A stretch of DNA of 64,000 nt, from contig CBFGJX010000002.1 of the NCBI GenBank assembly GCA_965649225.1, forward strand, positions 32,001 to 96,000, given 5' to 3'. The stretch is from a candidate division WOR-3 bacterium. GTDB taxonomy: Bacteria; Hydrothermota; Tepidihabitantia; Tepidihabitantales; Tepidihabitantaceae. The translations under genes and the position numbers were made by a program. The stretch's first letter is position 1. Every line of letters begins with the position of its first letter. The notes beneath the pieces are model-generated. The model did not search any database, was not told the origin of the DNA, and saw only the letters and a list, made by a program, of their open reading frames with translations. Below are positions 53,711 through 63,110 of this stretch, in pieces.

Positions 53711-54829
53711 GTGGCAACCACCCTTTTTTTGCTTGCCCTGATTCTGATTCTGACCGCCGCAATCGTCTTTTTGCTGCTCAGAGGCGGCCACCGTCAACCG
53801 GGCGCTGAGACTGACACCCTGCAACTCATGCAGCAGCAGATTGACAGCCTGCGCCGTGATACCGCAGAGGCACTGGCCAATACCAACCGGCTTCTCAGTC
53901 AACAGACTACCGACATCAACTTCCAGCTCAACCAGCGGCTGGGCTCGATCGAGCGCGCCCTAACCGACACGACCGGTCAGGTCGGCCAGCGCCTCGATTC
54001 AGCGGTGCGGGTCATCCGCGACGTTTCCGCCACCATGGGCGAACTGAGCCGTGCCTCGCAGCAGATCCTCGAAGTTGGTCGGAACATCTCCAGTCTTCAG
54101 GACATTCTACGTACGCCCAAGCTGCGCGGTGTTGTCGGTGAAGTGTTCCTCCAGAACCTGCTGGAGCAGGTCGTGCCCGACCACTATCAGACCCAGTACC
54201 GCTTCCTCAACGGCGAGAAGGTTGACGCGGTCATCAGCATCGGCGACCGGTTGGTGCCGATCGATGCCAAGTTTCCGCTCGAGAATTTTCGCCTGCTGCT
54301 TGCCGCCGGGGACGATGCCGAACGACGCAGTCTGCGGCGGCGATTCGCCACCGATGTCAAAAAGCACATTGACGCCATCGCCAGCAAGTACATCCTGCCC
54401 GACGAAGGCACATTCGACTTTGCGATGATGTACATTCCGGCCGAGAACGTCTACTACGAACTCATCAGTGCCGAATCCGAAGAAGCCGAGAACATCAACG
54501 GCTATGCCTTGGCCCGTCGGGTCATACCGGTTTCGCCCGCCTCGTTATACGCCTACCTGCAGGTAATTGTCCTCGGTCTTCGCGGCATGCAGGTCGAACG
54601 CCGTGCCCAGGAAATCACTTCCCATCTCAGTCGGCTCCAGGCTGACCTGAACCGCTTTCGCACAGAGTTCGACCAGCTCGGTACCCACCTCAGTCATGCC
54701 CGTAACAAGTACGAAGAGGCAGCAAAGCGGCTGGTACGTCTGGAAGACAAATTTGCGCTCTCTCCGGCCGATGTCCAGCAAACAGCCGTTCCTGATTCGA
54801 ATGTCAATCCCGGCAGCGGGTCAGGTTGA
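53711..54829 (+). CDS. rmuC: DNA recombination protein RmuC
   Basis: N-terminal TM, coiled coil, KLRG..GE..L, VPIDAKFP, KYI, T.DFA.MY.P.E. Confidence 0.92.
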   Translation: MATTLFLLALILILTAAIVFLLLRGGHRQPGAETDTLQLMQQQIDSLRRDTAEALANTNRLLSQQTTDINFQLNQRLGSIERALTDTTGQVGQRLDSAVRVIRDVSATMGELSRASQQILEVGRNISSLQDILRTPKLRGVVGEVFLQNLLEQVVPDHYQTQYRFLNGEKVDAVISIGDRLVPIDAKFPLENFRLLLAAGDDAERRSLRRRFATDVKKHIDAIASKYILPDEGTFDFAMMYIPAENVYYELISAESEEAENINGYALARRVIPVSPASLYAYLQVIVLGLRGMQVERRAQEITSHLSRLQADLNRFRTEFDQLGTHLSHARNKYEEAAKRLVRLEDKFALSPADVQQTAVPDSNVNPGSGSG

Positions 54830-54853
54830 CAATGGCCGACATTTGGGTAAAGT
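54826..54853 (+). promoter_or_regulatory. sigma70-like promoter of rpsP operon
   Basis: TTGACA-N16-TAAAGT; -35 contains rmuC stop codon. Confidence 0.65.
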
Positions 54854-54880
54854 AACCCACTTCAAAAAAGGAGTAGCGTT

Positions 54881-55246
54881 TTGGTAAGAATCCGCTTAAG
54901 GCGAATGGGACTGCGACACCGTCCGACCTACCGAATCGTCGTTATCGACTCGCGCAAGGCACGCGACGGCAAGTATATCGAATCGATCGGCAACTATAAC
55001 CCTCGCAGCAAAGACCTGTGGGTCAACCTGGAGCGGGCTGACTACTGGCTCAGCGTCGGCGCCCAGCCGTCGGGTACAGCCCTGAGTCTCATCCGGCGCC
55101 GCCGCAAAGAAGCTCCGGCTCCGGCAGTTACCCCTGAACCCGTCTCTGCGCCAATCGAGCCAGTATCGCCGTCAGCGCACGACCAGACGCCCGAGGCAAA
55201 TCCCACTGCATCTGCAGACGAAACCAGCAACCCTGAAAAGGAGTAA
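54881..55246 (+). CDS. rpsP: 30S ribosomal protein S16
   Basis: VRIRLRRMG...YRIVV.DSR..RDG...GAQPS. Confidence 0.97.
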   Translation: MVRIRLRRMGLRHRPTYRIVVIDSRKARDGKYIESIGNYNPRSKDLWVNLERADYWLSVGAQPSGTALSLIRRRRKEAPAPAVTPEPVSAPIEPVSPSAHDQTPEANPTASADETSNPEKE

Positions 55247-55249
55247 ACG

Positions 55250-55480
55250 ATGAAACAGCTCATCGAGTACATCGCCAAAGCTCTAGTTGATCATCCCGAG
55301 CAGGTAGTCGTACACGAAATCGCCGGCGAAAAGACCTTGATTTACGAGCTGCGCGTCGGCACCGGTGACCTGGGCAAGGTGATCGGCAAAGAAGGCCGCA
55401 CCGCCAAGGCAATCAGAATGATCCTGGCCGCGGCCGCGATGAAGGTCGGCAAGCGCGCTCAGCTCGAAATACTAGAATAG
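55250..55480 (+). CDS. khpA: KH-domain RNA-binding protein KhpA
   Basis: [21 protein letters not shown]. Confidence 0.93.
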   Translation: MKQLIEYIAKALVDHPEQVVVHEIAGEKTLIYELRVGTGDLGKVIGKEGRTAKAIRMILAAAAMKVGKRAQLEILE

Positions 55481-55504
55481 CTCTGACCGTAACATTTCAT
55501 CCGG

Positions 55505-56251
55505 ATGCGGTTCGATGTCGTAACGCTGTTCCCGGAGTTTTTTACCGGTTCGTTGTCCTGCGGACCCACCCGGGCAGCGATGAGTCTCGGGCGATTGGAA
55601 GTCCGGTTCGTGAACCCGCGGGACTTCACCAGCGACACGCACCGCACTGTTGACGACTATCCATTCGGCGGCGGGCCCGGAATGGTCCTGAAGCCCGGGC
55701 CGGTGGTCGCCGCAATCAGCAGCGTCCGTCAACCCGGCAGCAGGGTTGTGCTGCTGACGCCCCGGGGAAGGCAGTTCAACCAGGCAGTCGCCCGCGAGTA
55801 CTCCCGGTTGGAGCAGGTCGTACTCGTCTGCGGTCGCTACAAGGGGATCGACGAACGCGTCAGCTCTCGCTGTGACGACGAACTGTCGCTGGGCGATTTT
55901 GTGCTGGCCGGCGGCGAAGCGGCTGCAATCGCCGTGATCGAGGCAGTGGCCCGGCTGCTGCCGGGGGCGGTGGGCGATGAGGATTCGGTCAATTCGGATT
56001 CCTTTTCCGATGACGACCTGCTCGACGCTCCCTGGTACACGCGCCCGCGCGTTTTCGACGGACAGGCGGTTCCTGCCATCCTGCTGGACGGTGACCATGC
56101 CGAAATTGCCGCCTGGCGCCGTCAGCAGTCATTACTAATCACCCGCCGGCGCCGTCCCGAGCTCCTCCGTCGACAGGTTCTGTCCAAACTGGAACGGGAT
56201 ATCCTCTGCGCCGATTTCGAAAAGGAGTCAGCCAATGGCCAAGAAAACTGA
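55505..56251 (+). CDS. trmD: tRNA (guanine37-N1)-methyltransferase
   Basis: [38 protein letters not shown]. Confidence 0.96.
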   Translation: MRFDVVTLFPEFFTGSLSCGPTRAAMSLGRLEVRFVNPRDFTSDTHRTVDDYPFGGGPGMVLKPGPVVAAISSVRQPGSRVVLLTPRGRQFNQAVAREYSRLEQVVLVCGRYKGIDERVSSRCDDELSLGDFVLAGGEAAAIAVIEAVARLLPGAVGDEDSVNSDSFSDDDLLDAPWYTRPRVFDGQAVPAILLDGDHAEIAAWRRQQSLLITRRRRPELLRRQVLSKLERDILCADFEKESANGQEN

Positions 56252-56627
56252 AACTGGAACCGGGCAACCGGCCGCTCGACGTGTCCCGGCCGAGATTCCG
56301 GAACTGCAACCCGGTGATGTCGTCAATGTCCACGTGCGTATCGTCGAGGGCGACAAGGAACGCATCCAGCAGTTCGAGGGTACCGTGATCGCCATTCGCG
56401 GCGCCGGCGCCAACAAGAGCTTCACGGTCCGCAAGGTTAGCCGCGGCTACGGTATCGAGCGTATCTTTCCGTTCGCAACACCGGCGATCGCCAAGGTCGA
56501 GGTCAAACGGCATTCACGCGTCCGTCGGGCCAAGCTCTACTACCTGCGCCGGCTTGCCGGCCGCGAGGCCGTACTCAAAGAACGCAAGCTTGCAGAACAA
56601 CCTCGACGAAACGCTATGGCCGAATAG
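56235..56627 (+). CDS. rplS: 50S ribosomal protein L19
   Basis: [22 protein letters not shown]. Confidence 0.97.
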   Translation: MAKKTETGTGQPAARRVPAEIPELQPGDVVNVHVRIVEGDKERIQQFEGTVIAIRGAGANKSFTVRKVSRGYGIERIFPFATPAIAKVEVKRHSRVRRAKLYYLRRLAGREAVLKERKLAEQPRRNAMAE

Positions 56628-57195
56628 CCGACTGGTCTGCGGCCTCGACGAGGCCGGCCGGGGCGCTTTGGCGGGTCCGGTAATTGTCGGAGCCGTCGTG
56701 CTGCCGCAGTGGTCACGCATCGAGGGCGTTGACGATTCCAAGAAGCTTTCGCCGCCGGTACGCACCAGGCTTTTTCGCCAGATCAGCCAGCAGGCCATCG
56801 CCGTGGCCTTCGGAGCCGCCGGCCACCTGACAATCGACCGCATCAACATCCGCAACGCAACACTCCTCGCCATGCGCCGCGCGGTTCAGCGGCTCGGCGT
56901 CACGCCGGACCTGGTAATCGTGGATGGTCCGGCGGTACCCGAACTCAACCCGCCCAGCATTGGGTTTGTCCGTGGCGACCAGCTCAGCCTGACGATCGCC
57001 AGCGCCTCGATAATTGCCAAGGTCGTTCGAGATCGACTGATGGAGCGCCTCGACCGCCGCTTTCCCGGTTACGGCTTTGCCCGTCACAAAGGCTACGCCA
57101 CGCCAGAGCATCTCGATGCTCTGGCCCGCCTGGGACCCTGCCCATTTCACCGTCAGACTTTTCGCCCCTGTATCGTGACGGCCGGTGCCAGATGA
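56590..57195 (+). CDS. rnhB: Ribonuclease HII
   Basis: [34 protein letters not shown]; start uncertain. Confidence 0.95.
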   Translation: MQNNLDETLWPNSRLVCGLDEAGRGALAGPVIVGAVVLPQWSRIEGVDDSKKLSPPVRTRLFRQISQQAIAVAFGAAGHLTIDRINIRNATLLAMRRAVQRLGVTPDLVIVDGPAVPELNPPSIGFVRGDQLSLTIASASIIAKVVRDRLMERLDRRFPGYGFARHKGYATPEHLDALARLGPCPFHRQTFRPCIVTAGAR

Positions 57196-57539
57196 ACAAC
57201 CGCGATGCGGGCCGTCTCGGCGAGATGCTGGCAGTGAACTTTCTGCTCCGTCGGGGGTTGCGAATCGTCGAACGTAACTGGCGTTCGCACGCCGGTGAAA
57301 TTGACATAATCTGCGATGACCACGGCACGCTGGTCTTTGTCGAGGTCAAAACGCGCGCCGACGACAGCTTCGGCCCGCCCTGTGCCGCGGTCACTGCAGC
57401 CAAGCAGCAACGATTGCGCCGACTCGCTGAAGAGTACCTGAGCCGGAAAGGAATCACTGAAACCGCGGTGCGTTTTGACGTCGTCGGCGTCAAACTTGAA
57501 CGAGTCATCAGCCTCGACTACATCAAAGGGGCTTTTTGA
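57192..57539 (+). CDS. yraN: YraN family nuclease
   Basis: G..GE..A, GEIDII, LVFVEVKTR, RFDV. Confidence 0.93.
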   Translation: MNNRDAGRLGEMLAVNFLLRRGLRIVERNWRSHAGEIDIICDDHGTLVFVEVKTRADDSFGPPCAAVTAAKQQRLRRLAEEYLSRKGITETAVRFDVVGVKLERVISLDYIKGAF

Positions 57540-59086
57540 TGCTGTCACGAATTGCGGCTGCCGCAGTCGTCGGGGTCGATGCGATTCTGGTGTCGGTTGA
57601 AACCGACATCGCCCTTGGTCTGCCCGCCTTCACAATGGTGGGCTTGCCTGACGCGGCTGTGAAGGAATCGCAGCACCGTGTTCAGGCTGCTGTCCGCAAT
57701 TCCGGCATCCGTTTTCCCAATCGGCGCATCACTGTCAATCTCGCCCCGGCCGACCTGAAAAAGGAAGGCTCGGCCCTGGACCTGCCGGTCGCAGTGGGCA
57801 TCGTTGCTGCTACCGGAGGGTTGTCTTCCGCACAAACCGAGGGCTGGGCGATAAACGGCGAGCTGTCTCTCGACGGCGTCCTGCGGCCGGTTCGCGGCGC
57901 CATAGCGATGGCACTCGCCTGCAAAGCAGCCGGTCTCAAAGGGCTGATCCTGCCCCGGGTAAATGCCGCTGAAGCGGCAATCGTCGATGGCATCACTGTG
58001 ATTGGCATCACCACGCTTGCCGAGGCACTCGCCTTTCTCGGCGGTACCATCACGATTGAGCCTGTCCGCGTCGATATTGAAGGCCTGTTCCGTACCGCCG
58101 GCAAAGCCGAGGTCGACTTTGCCGAAGTCCACGGTCACAGCCATGCCAAACGAGCGCTGGAAATTGCCGCTGCCGGTGGCCATAACGTATTGATGATTGG
58201 CCCCCCGGGGTCTGGCAAAACCATGCTCGCACGTCGGCTGCCGACTATTCTTCCCCCGCTTTCGCTTGATGAAGCACTGGAAACGACCAGAATTCACTCG
58301 GTTTCCGGCCTGCTGCCGGCTGAGCGGCCAATCGTTGCTGTCCGGCCATTCCGCGCTCCCCACCACAGCATCTCGGACGCCGGTCTGATTGGCGGTGGCG
58401 CAGTACCGCGGCCGGGTGAGGTATCACTGGCTCACAACGGCGTGCTCTTTCTCGACGAACTGCCCGAATTCCGCCGTGACGTCCTCGAGTCGCTGCGCCA
58501 GCCGCTCGAAGACCACGAGGTGACAATCGGCCGTGCCCGCAGCACGTTCACCTTCCCTGCCCGTTTCATGCTCATCGGGGCAATGAATCCCTGTCCCTGC
58601 GGCTTCTACGGTGACCCGCGGCACAACTGCACCTGCAGCTACCGAAGCATTCGCCGGTACCGCAGCCGGATATCCGGGCCACTGCTCGACCGGATTGACA
58701 TTCACATCGAGGTGCCGGCACTGAAGTACGACGAAATCGCCCGCCGCCACCAGAACGAAGACTCAGGCTCGATTGCCGCCCGGGTGCAAAACGCCCGCCG
58801 GCGCCAACTGGAACGACTCGCGGCCGAAAGCAGCCCGCGTCGCGGCTACTGTAATGCCCAGCTTTCTCCGGCTCAGATTCGCCGCTATTGCGCCGTTGAC
58901 ACCGCCGGTCAGGAGTTGCTGAAAGCCGCGATAGAGCGCCTGGGGATTTCGGCTCGGGCTTATCATCGAATTCTGAAAGTGGCACGAACCATCGCCGATC
59001 TTCGTGTCGCTGACCGCATCGAGGCCTCCGACATCACCGAGGCAATTCAGTACCGTAGTCTCGACCGTACGTCATGGCCAAACTGA
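57539..59086 (+). CDS. comM: ComM/YifB Mg-chelatase-like AAA+ helicase
   Basis: VGLPD, NLAPAD..K.G...DL, GPPGSGKT, FRAPHH, LFLDE, NPCPCG, ARTIADL. Confidence 0.95.
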   Translation: MLSRIAAAAVVGVDAILVSVETDIALGLPAFTMVGLPDAAVKESQHRVQAAVRNSGIRFPNRRITVNLAPADLKKEGSALDLPVAVGIVAATGGLSSAQTEGWAINGELSLDGVLRPVRGAIAMALACKAAGLKGLILPRVNAAEAAIVDGITVIGITTLAEALAFLGGTITIEPVRVDIEGLFRTAGKAEVDFAEVHGHSHAKRALEIAAAGGHNVLMIGPPGSGKTMLARRLPTILPPLSLDEALETTRIHSVSGLLPAERPIVAVRPFRAPHHSISDAGLIGGGAVPRPGEVSLAHNGVLFLDELPEFRRDVLESLRQPLEDHEVTIGRARSTFTFPARFMLIGAMNPCPCGFYGDPRHNCTCSYRSIRRYRSRISGPLLDRIDIHIEVPALKYDEIARRHQNEDSGSIAARVQNARRRQLERLAAESSPRRGYCNAQLSPAQIRRYCAVDTAGQELLKAAIERLGISARAYHRILKVARTIADLRVADRIEASDITEAIQYRSLDRTSWPN

Positions 59087-59102
59087 ACAAGGAGTGAAAC
59101 AC

Positions 59103-60431
59103 ATGGAGCTTGAGCAGAAGATAGTCAACCACAAGGCCCGGGTTGCCGTCATCGGCATCGGCTACGTTGGATTACCGCTGGCAATCGAAATGGCCCGGGC
59201 AGGTTACAGCGTCATCGGCATCGACGTTGACGCCAGCAAAATCAACGCCATCCGCCAGCGGCGGAGCTTTATCGGTGACGTCAGTGACGAGGAAGTAGCG
59301 GCGATGGTCGACGCCGGCCGCCTGACGGTCACCAACGACTACCGCGCCTGCGCCAGCTGCGACGTAATCAACATCTGCGTTCCGACACCGTTCACTGCCT
59401 CCAAGGACCCCGACACCAGTTACATAGTCGAGTCCGGTCGGCTGGTTGCCCGACACCTGCATCCTGGGCAGCTGGTCATCCTCCGGTCAACAACATACCC
59501 GGAGACAACCGAGAAGATTCTTCAGCCAATACTGGACGGTACCGGCTTGACCGTCGGGCAGGACTATTTCCTGAGCTTCGCTCCCGAGCGCATCGACCCC
59601 GGCAATCGCCGTTTCAACACCAGAACCACGCCGGTTGTTGTCGGGGGTGTCACCAGGCGTTGTACCCGGCTGACAGCGCTGTTCTACTCCCAGTTTGTGG
59701 AGAAAGTGGTGCCAGTATCGTCTCCCCGGGTTGCCGAAATGTCAAAACTGCTGGAAAACATCTTCCGCAGCGTCAACATCGCGCTGGTCAATGAACTGGC
59801 TCTGATGTGCGAGCGGATGGGCAACATCGACGTCTGGGAGGTCATTGCCGCCGCCTCCAGCAAGCCGTTCGGCTTCATGCCTTTCTACCCGGGTCCTGGA
59901 ATCGGTGGCCACTGCATCCTCATCGATCCGTACTACTTGGCCTGGAAGGCGCGCGAGTACGACTTCCATTCCAACTTTATCGAACTCGCGGCTCAGACCA
60001 ATGAGAACATGCCCTTCTATGTTGCCAGCCGCGCTCTGGAAGTCCTTGGTACCAATGGCCGGGCAGCCTCGAAAGCGCGGCTGCTGGTGCTGGGTGCCGC
60101 CTTCAAGAAGAACGTCGAGGACACTCGTCACTCGCCGGCGATCAAGGTGATTGAGCTGCTGCAAGACAAGGTGCGCCGGATTGACTACCACGACCCCTAT
60201 GTGCCCAGCATCACGACCGGTAGCAAGGAATACCGTTCAGTCAAACTGACCCGAAGGGTTCTCAAGGAAGCCGACCTGGTGCTGATCCTGACTGATCACG
60301 ACTGCTTCGACTATGACGCCGTTTTTCGCTCCAGTTCTCTGATCCTCGATGCCCGCAACGCAATCAAACGGCGTGGCCGCAAGCTTTACACACTGGGAAA
60401 TCGGATCAGCCCCCAGCGGCCCAAGTCCTGA
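59103..60431 (+). CDS. UDP-N-acetylhexosamine 6-dehydrogenase (WbpA/TviB-like)
   Basis: GIGYVGLP, CVPTP, STTYP.TT, PERIDPG, KLLEN, GGHCI..DP. Confidence 0.9.
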   Translation: MELEQKIVNHKARVAVIGIGYVGLPLAIEMARAGYSVIGIDVDASKINAIRQRRSFIGDVSDEEVAAMVDAGRLTVTNDYRACASCDVINICVPTPFTASKDPDTSYIVESGRLVARHLHPGQLVILRSTTYPETTEKILQPILDGTGLTVGQDYFLSFAPERIDPGNRRFNTRTTPVVVGGVTRRCTRLTALFYSQFVEKVVPVSSPRVAEMSKLLENIFRSVNIALVNELALMCERMGNIDVWEVIAAASSKPFGFMPFYPGPGIGGHCILIDPYYLAWKAREYDFHSNFIELAAQTNENMPFYVASRALEVLGTNGRAASKARLLVLGAAFKKNVEDTRHSPAIKVIELLQDKVRRIDYHDPYVPSITTGSKEYRSVKLTRRVLKEADLVLILTDHDCFDYDAVFRSSSLILDARNAIKRRGRKLYTLGNRISPQRPKS

Positions 60432-60846
60432 TCGCGGCAGCTACCGCCGGCAGCGCCCGGGCCACTGAAGGCGAAAGCGGCGCCCCAAAGTCCAGTCGCT
60501 CCGGCTGAACTGCCAGCAGCTCAACACTGCACTGGGCAGCTGCAAGCAGCTCAGCAAGAAGTGCGAGGGGCAGCGTATGGGTCGAAATCTGCCGGGCCGT
60601 GAGCAGTTTTATCGCTGCGCAGTCAAAGAAACGAAAGCCGCCCGGCTCGGCGCCAAAGTCGCAGGCATCCACCAGCAAAATATTGGCCGGCGCCATCTCC
60701 ATCAACGGTCCCAGCAGATTCTCCGGGGCGGTGCCGCCGTCGTAGATCACCGCATCCTCCAGCGTGCCGATTGTCTCAGTCACTATCGGGCCGACGGCAT
60801 CATCGCCCCGCAGACGATTGCCGATTCCAACAACTGCGCGGCGCAC
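60406..60846 (-). CDS. Hydrogenase maturation protease (HycI-like)
   Basis: GIGN.LRGDD.VG, G.APEN, VDA, STH.LPL. Confidence 0.9.
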   Translation of the reverse strand: MRRAVVGIGNRLRGDDAVGPIVTETIGTLEDAVIYDGGTAPENLLGPLMEMAPANILLVDACDFGAEPGGFRFFDCAAIKLLTARQISTHTLPLALLAELLAAAQCSVELLAVQPERLDFGAPLSPSVARALPAVAAAIRTWAAGG

Positions 60847-61823
60847 TAATCGACCCGGCGCAGCAGGGCCCGCGCCTCGGCAATGTAGTTACGCAACCAT
60901 GGCACTTCCGACTGTCTGGGGGCGAGTGCGATTATTCGCCGAAAACTCGCCGCCGCGGCTCGCTTCATGCCAAGCCCAAGATACGCCTTGCCGCAAACCA
61001 GCCAGTTCTCGGAAAGCCCGTAAAGGTTGCCGGGATAGGAGGTCCGGATCGACTGTTCGATCTCGCCGGCGACCTCGAGAGCACGACGATAGTCTTTGCT
61101 TTCGAGCAAGGCATCACGCAGCAGCCGCAGTGCCGCCCGGTTGCCAGGATAGCGAAGCAACAGGACTTCGCAGCGGCGGACTGCTTCACTCGGCCGGCCA
61201 TCCTGCTTTGCCATAAATGCCAGTGCGAAACGGGCTGCGTCGGCCAACGCACCATTGCCCGCCGCCGTCCTTTCGACCTGCTCACGCGCCTGACGCACAG
61301 AACCGAACAGTGATAAACCGAGAGTATAGCGGCGTGACTGGGCTTTAAAGAACTCAACCAGACCAATTCCCAACCAGCAATCGACCATGTCCGGCTCCAC
61401 CGCCAGTGCCCGGTTTAAGAGGCCGGTCACCGGCGCGATTCTCACTATCGCCCGCAGGTACTGTTGCTGCCAGCCCAGCATTTCTGCCTGATTGAGCAAC
61501 CCGACCCCGTGACAGAAGCAGGCCCAGGCATCATCAGGTCGCGCTTCCAGTCGCACACGGCAGACATTCTCGAGCCGGCTGCTCAGGCGATAGAACGAAT
61601 CGACGAGGTTCAAATTGCCGGAGTCATAGATTTCGAGGCGGACGACATTGGCCATGATCAGCAGACCGGTGGGGTCTTCCGAGGTGGCCGACAGCAACCG
61701 TTCGGCCACCGCCCCGGCACCACGATAGTCCTGTCGATAAAGCCGCTCGCCCGCAAGCCGCAGCTCGGCCAACGGCTGCAGGTTCGCAGCTAGGCCAGCG
61801 ACCACCAACAGGAGCGGGTGCAA
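60846..61823 (-). CDS. Exported TPR-like protein
   Basis: Hydrophobic N terminus; helical repeats (PDDAWA.F..G, AL..EP...D..LG.G, YPGN). Confidence 0.7.
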   Translation of the reverse strand: MHPLLLVVAGLAANLQPLAELRLAGERLYRQDYRGAGAVAERLLSATSEDPTGLLIMANVVRLEIYDSGNLNLVDSFYRLSSRLENVCRVRLEARPDDAWACFCHGVGLLNQAEMLGWQQQYLRAIVRIAPVTGLLNRALAVEPDMVDCWLGIGLVEFFKAQSRRYTLGLSLFGSVRQAREQVERTAAGNGALADAARFALAFMAKQDGRPSEAVRRCEVLLLRYPGNRAALRLLRDALLESKDYRRALEVAGEIEQSIRTSYPGNLYGLSENWLVCGKAYLGLGMKRAAAASFRRIIALAPRQSEVPWLRNYIAEARALLRRVD

Positions 61824-61824
61824 T

Positions 61825-62199
61825 CTAGATTTCGGCGATGACCTCGATCTCGACTACAACACCCTTGGGCAGAGCGGCAACCTGAACCGTTGACCGAGCC
61901 GGATAGGGCGGCCGGAAGAACCGGCCGTACACCTCGTTCACTTTTGCAAAATCGGCCATGTCGGTGAGGAAAATGGTCACCTTTACTGCCCGATCGAGTC
62001 CGGTCCCAGCTGCGTTCAGCAGCGCATCGAGGTTGCGCAGTACCAGCTCAGTCGCCTTCTCGACATCGCTCTCAATCCGCCCGGTGGCAGCATCGACAGG
62101 AATCTGTCCGGAGGTGAATACAAGGTTACCGATCCTTACGGCCTGGCTGTACGGCCCGACCGGTGCAGGCACAGACTCAGAGTTGATTATTTGTTTCAT
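61825..62199 (-). CDS. ridA: RidA family reactive intermediate deaminase
   Basis: P.PVGPYSQA, SGQIP, N.VY, PARSTV.V..LP....VEIE. Confidence 0.93.
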   Translation of the reverse strand: MKQIINSESVPAPVGPYSQAVRIGNLVFTSGQIPVDAATGRIESDVEKATELVLRNLDALLNAAGTGLDRAVKVTIFLTDMADFAKVNEVYGRFFRPPYPARSTVQVAALPKGVVVEIEVIAEI

Positions 62200-63110
62200 T
62201 GTGATGCCAGATTTCCCAGAGCAATCGAATAGAGTTTGGTTTCCGCCGAGTCGGCACGCGACAGCATCACTATCGGCCGCCGGGCACCGACAACTATCCC
62301 ACAGGCTTTCGCGCCACCCAAATACTGCAGACCCTTGGCAAGAATGTTGCCCGTTGTCATGCTGGGCACGACAAGAATATCCACATCGCCGGCCACCTGT
62401 GACTGAACCCGCTTAGTATCGGCTGCCTGGCGCGACAGAGCCACATCAACTGCCAGTGGTCCTTCTACAATTGCCGAACCGAACTCCCCCTGTTCGGCTA
62501 TCCGCGTTACTATCGCCCAGTCAAGAGTTTCCGACATGTTCAGTTTCACCCGCTCAACCGCAGACAGCAGTGCCACCTTGGGCCGCGAGTTGCCCAGGAA
62601 GTGCGACAGTTCTATCGCATTGCGGACGATATCGATCTTGCGTTTCAAATCGAGTTCGGCGTTGATACCGCCATCGGTAATAGCCAATGTCTTGTGGTAA
62701 GAGGGCAACTCCAGATAGGCGACGTGGGACAGAATCCTCTCGCCCCGCATACCATTGGCCTCATCCAGCACTCCACGCAGAAAAACAGCCGTTTCAACGA
62801 GTCCCTTCATCAGGAAGTCGCCGTTCTGCGCCGCGTCACGTACCGCTGCTGTAACCGCCGCCTCTGGTGACTCATTGTGAATGACCTCGAGCTCGACGCA
62901 TTCAGCTCCAACGCTTCGGCAGACGGCACTGATTCGGTCACGGTCGCCGTAGAGCACGCCGCGTGCAATTCCGGCCCGTGTCGCATCGACGAGCGCAACG
63001 ACTGTTGCGGGGTCTTCAGCGCAGGCAACAACACAGCGTTTGGGGCCGCGCTGGCGCGCAGTTTCGAGCATCTGGTCGAAAGTCCCGCGCGGGCCGAGGT
63101 CAACAGCCAT
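62196..63110 (-). CDS. Phosphate butyryl/acetyltransferase (Ptb-like)
   Basis: LMKG...T, LSH, TDGGIN, EGPLA.D.A, GNIL.K, SRAD. Confidence 0.88.
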   Translation of the reverse strand: MAVDLGPRGTFDQMLETARQRGPKRCVVACAEDPATVVALVDATRAGIARGVLYGDRDRISAVCRSVGAECVELEVIHNESPEAAVTAAVRDAAQNGDFLMKGLVETAVFLRGVLDEANGMRGERILSHVAYLELPSYHKTLAITDGGINAELDLKRKIDIVRNAIELSHFLGNSRPKVALLSAVERVKLNMSETLDWAIVTRIAEQGEFGSAIVEGPLAVDVALSRQAADTKRVQSQVAGDVDILVVPSMTTGNILAKGLQYLGGAKACGIVVGARRPIVMLSRADSAETKLYSIALGNLASQ

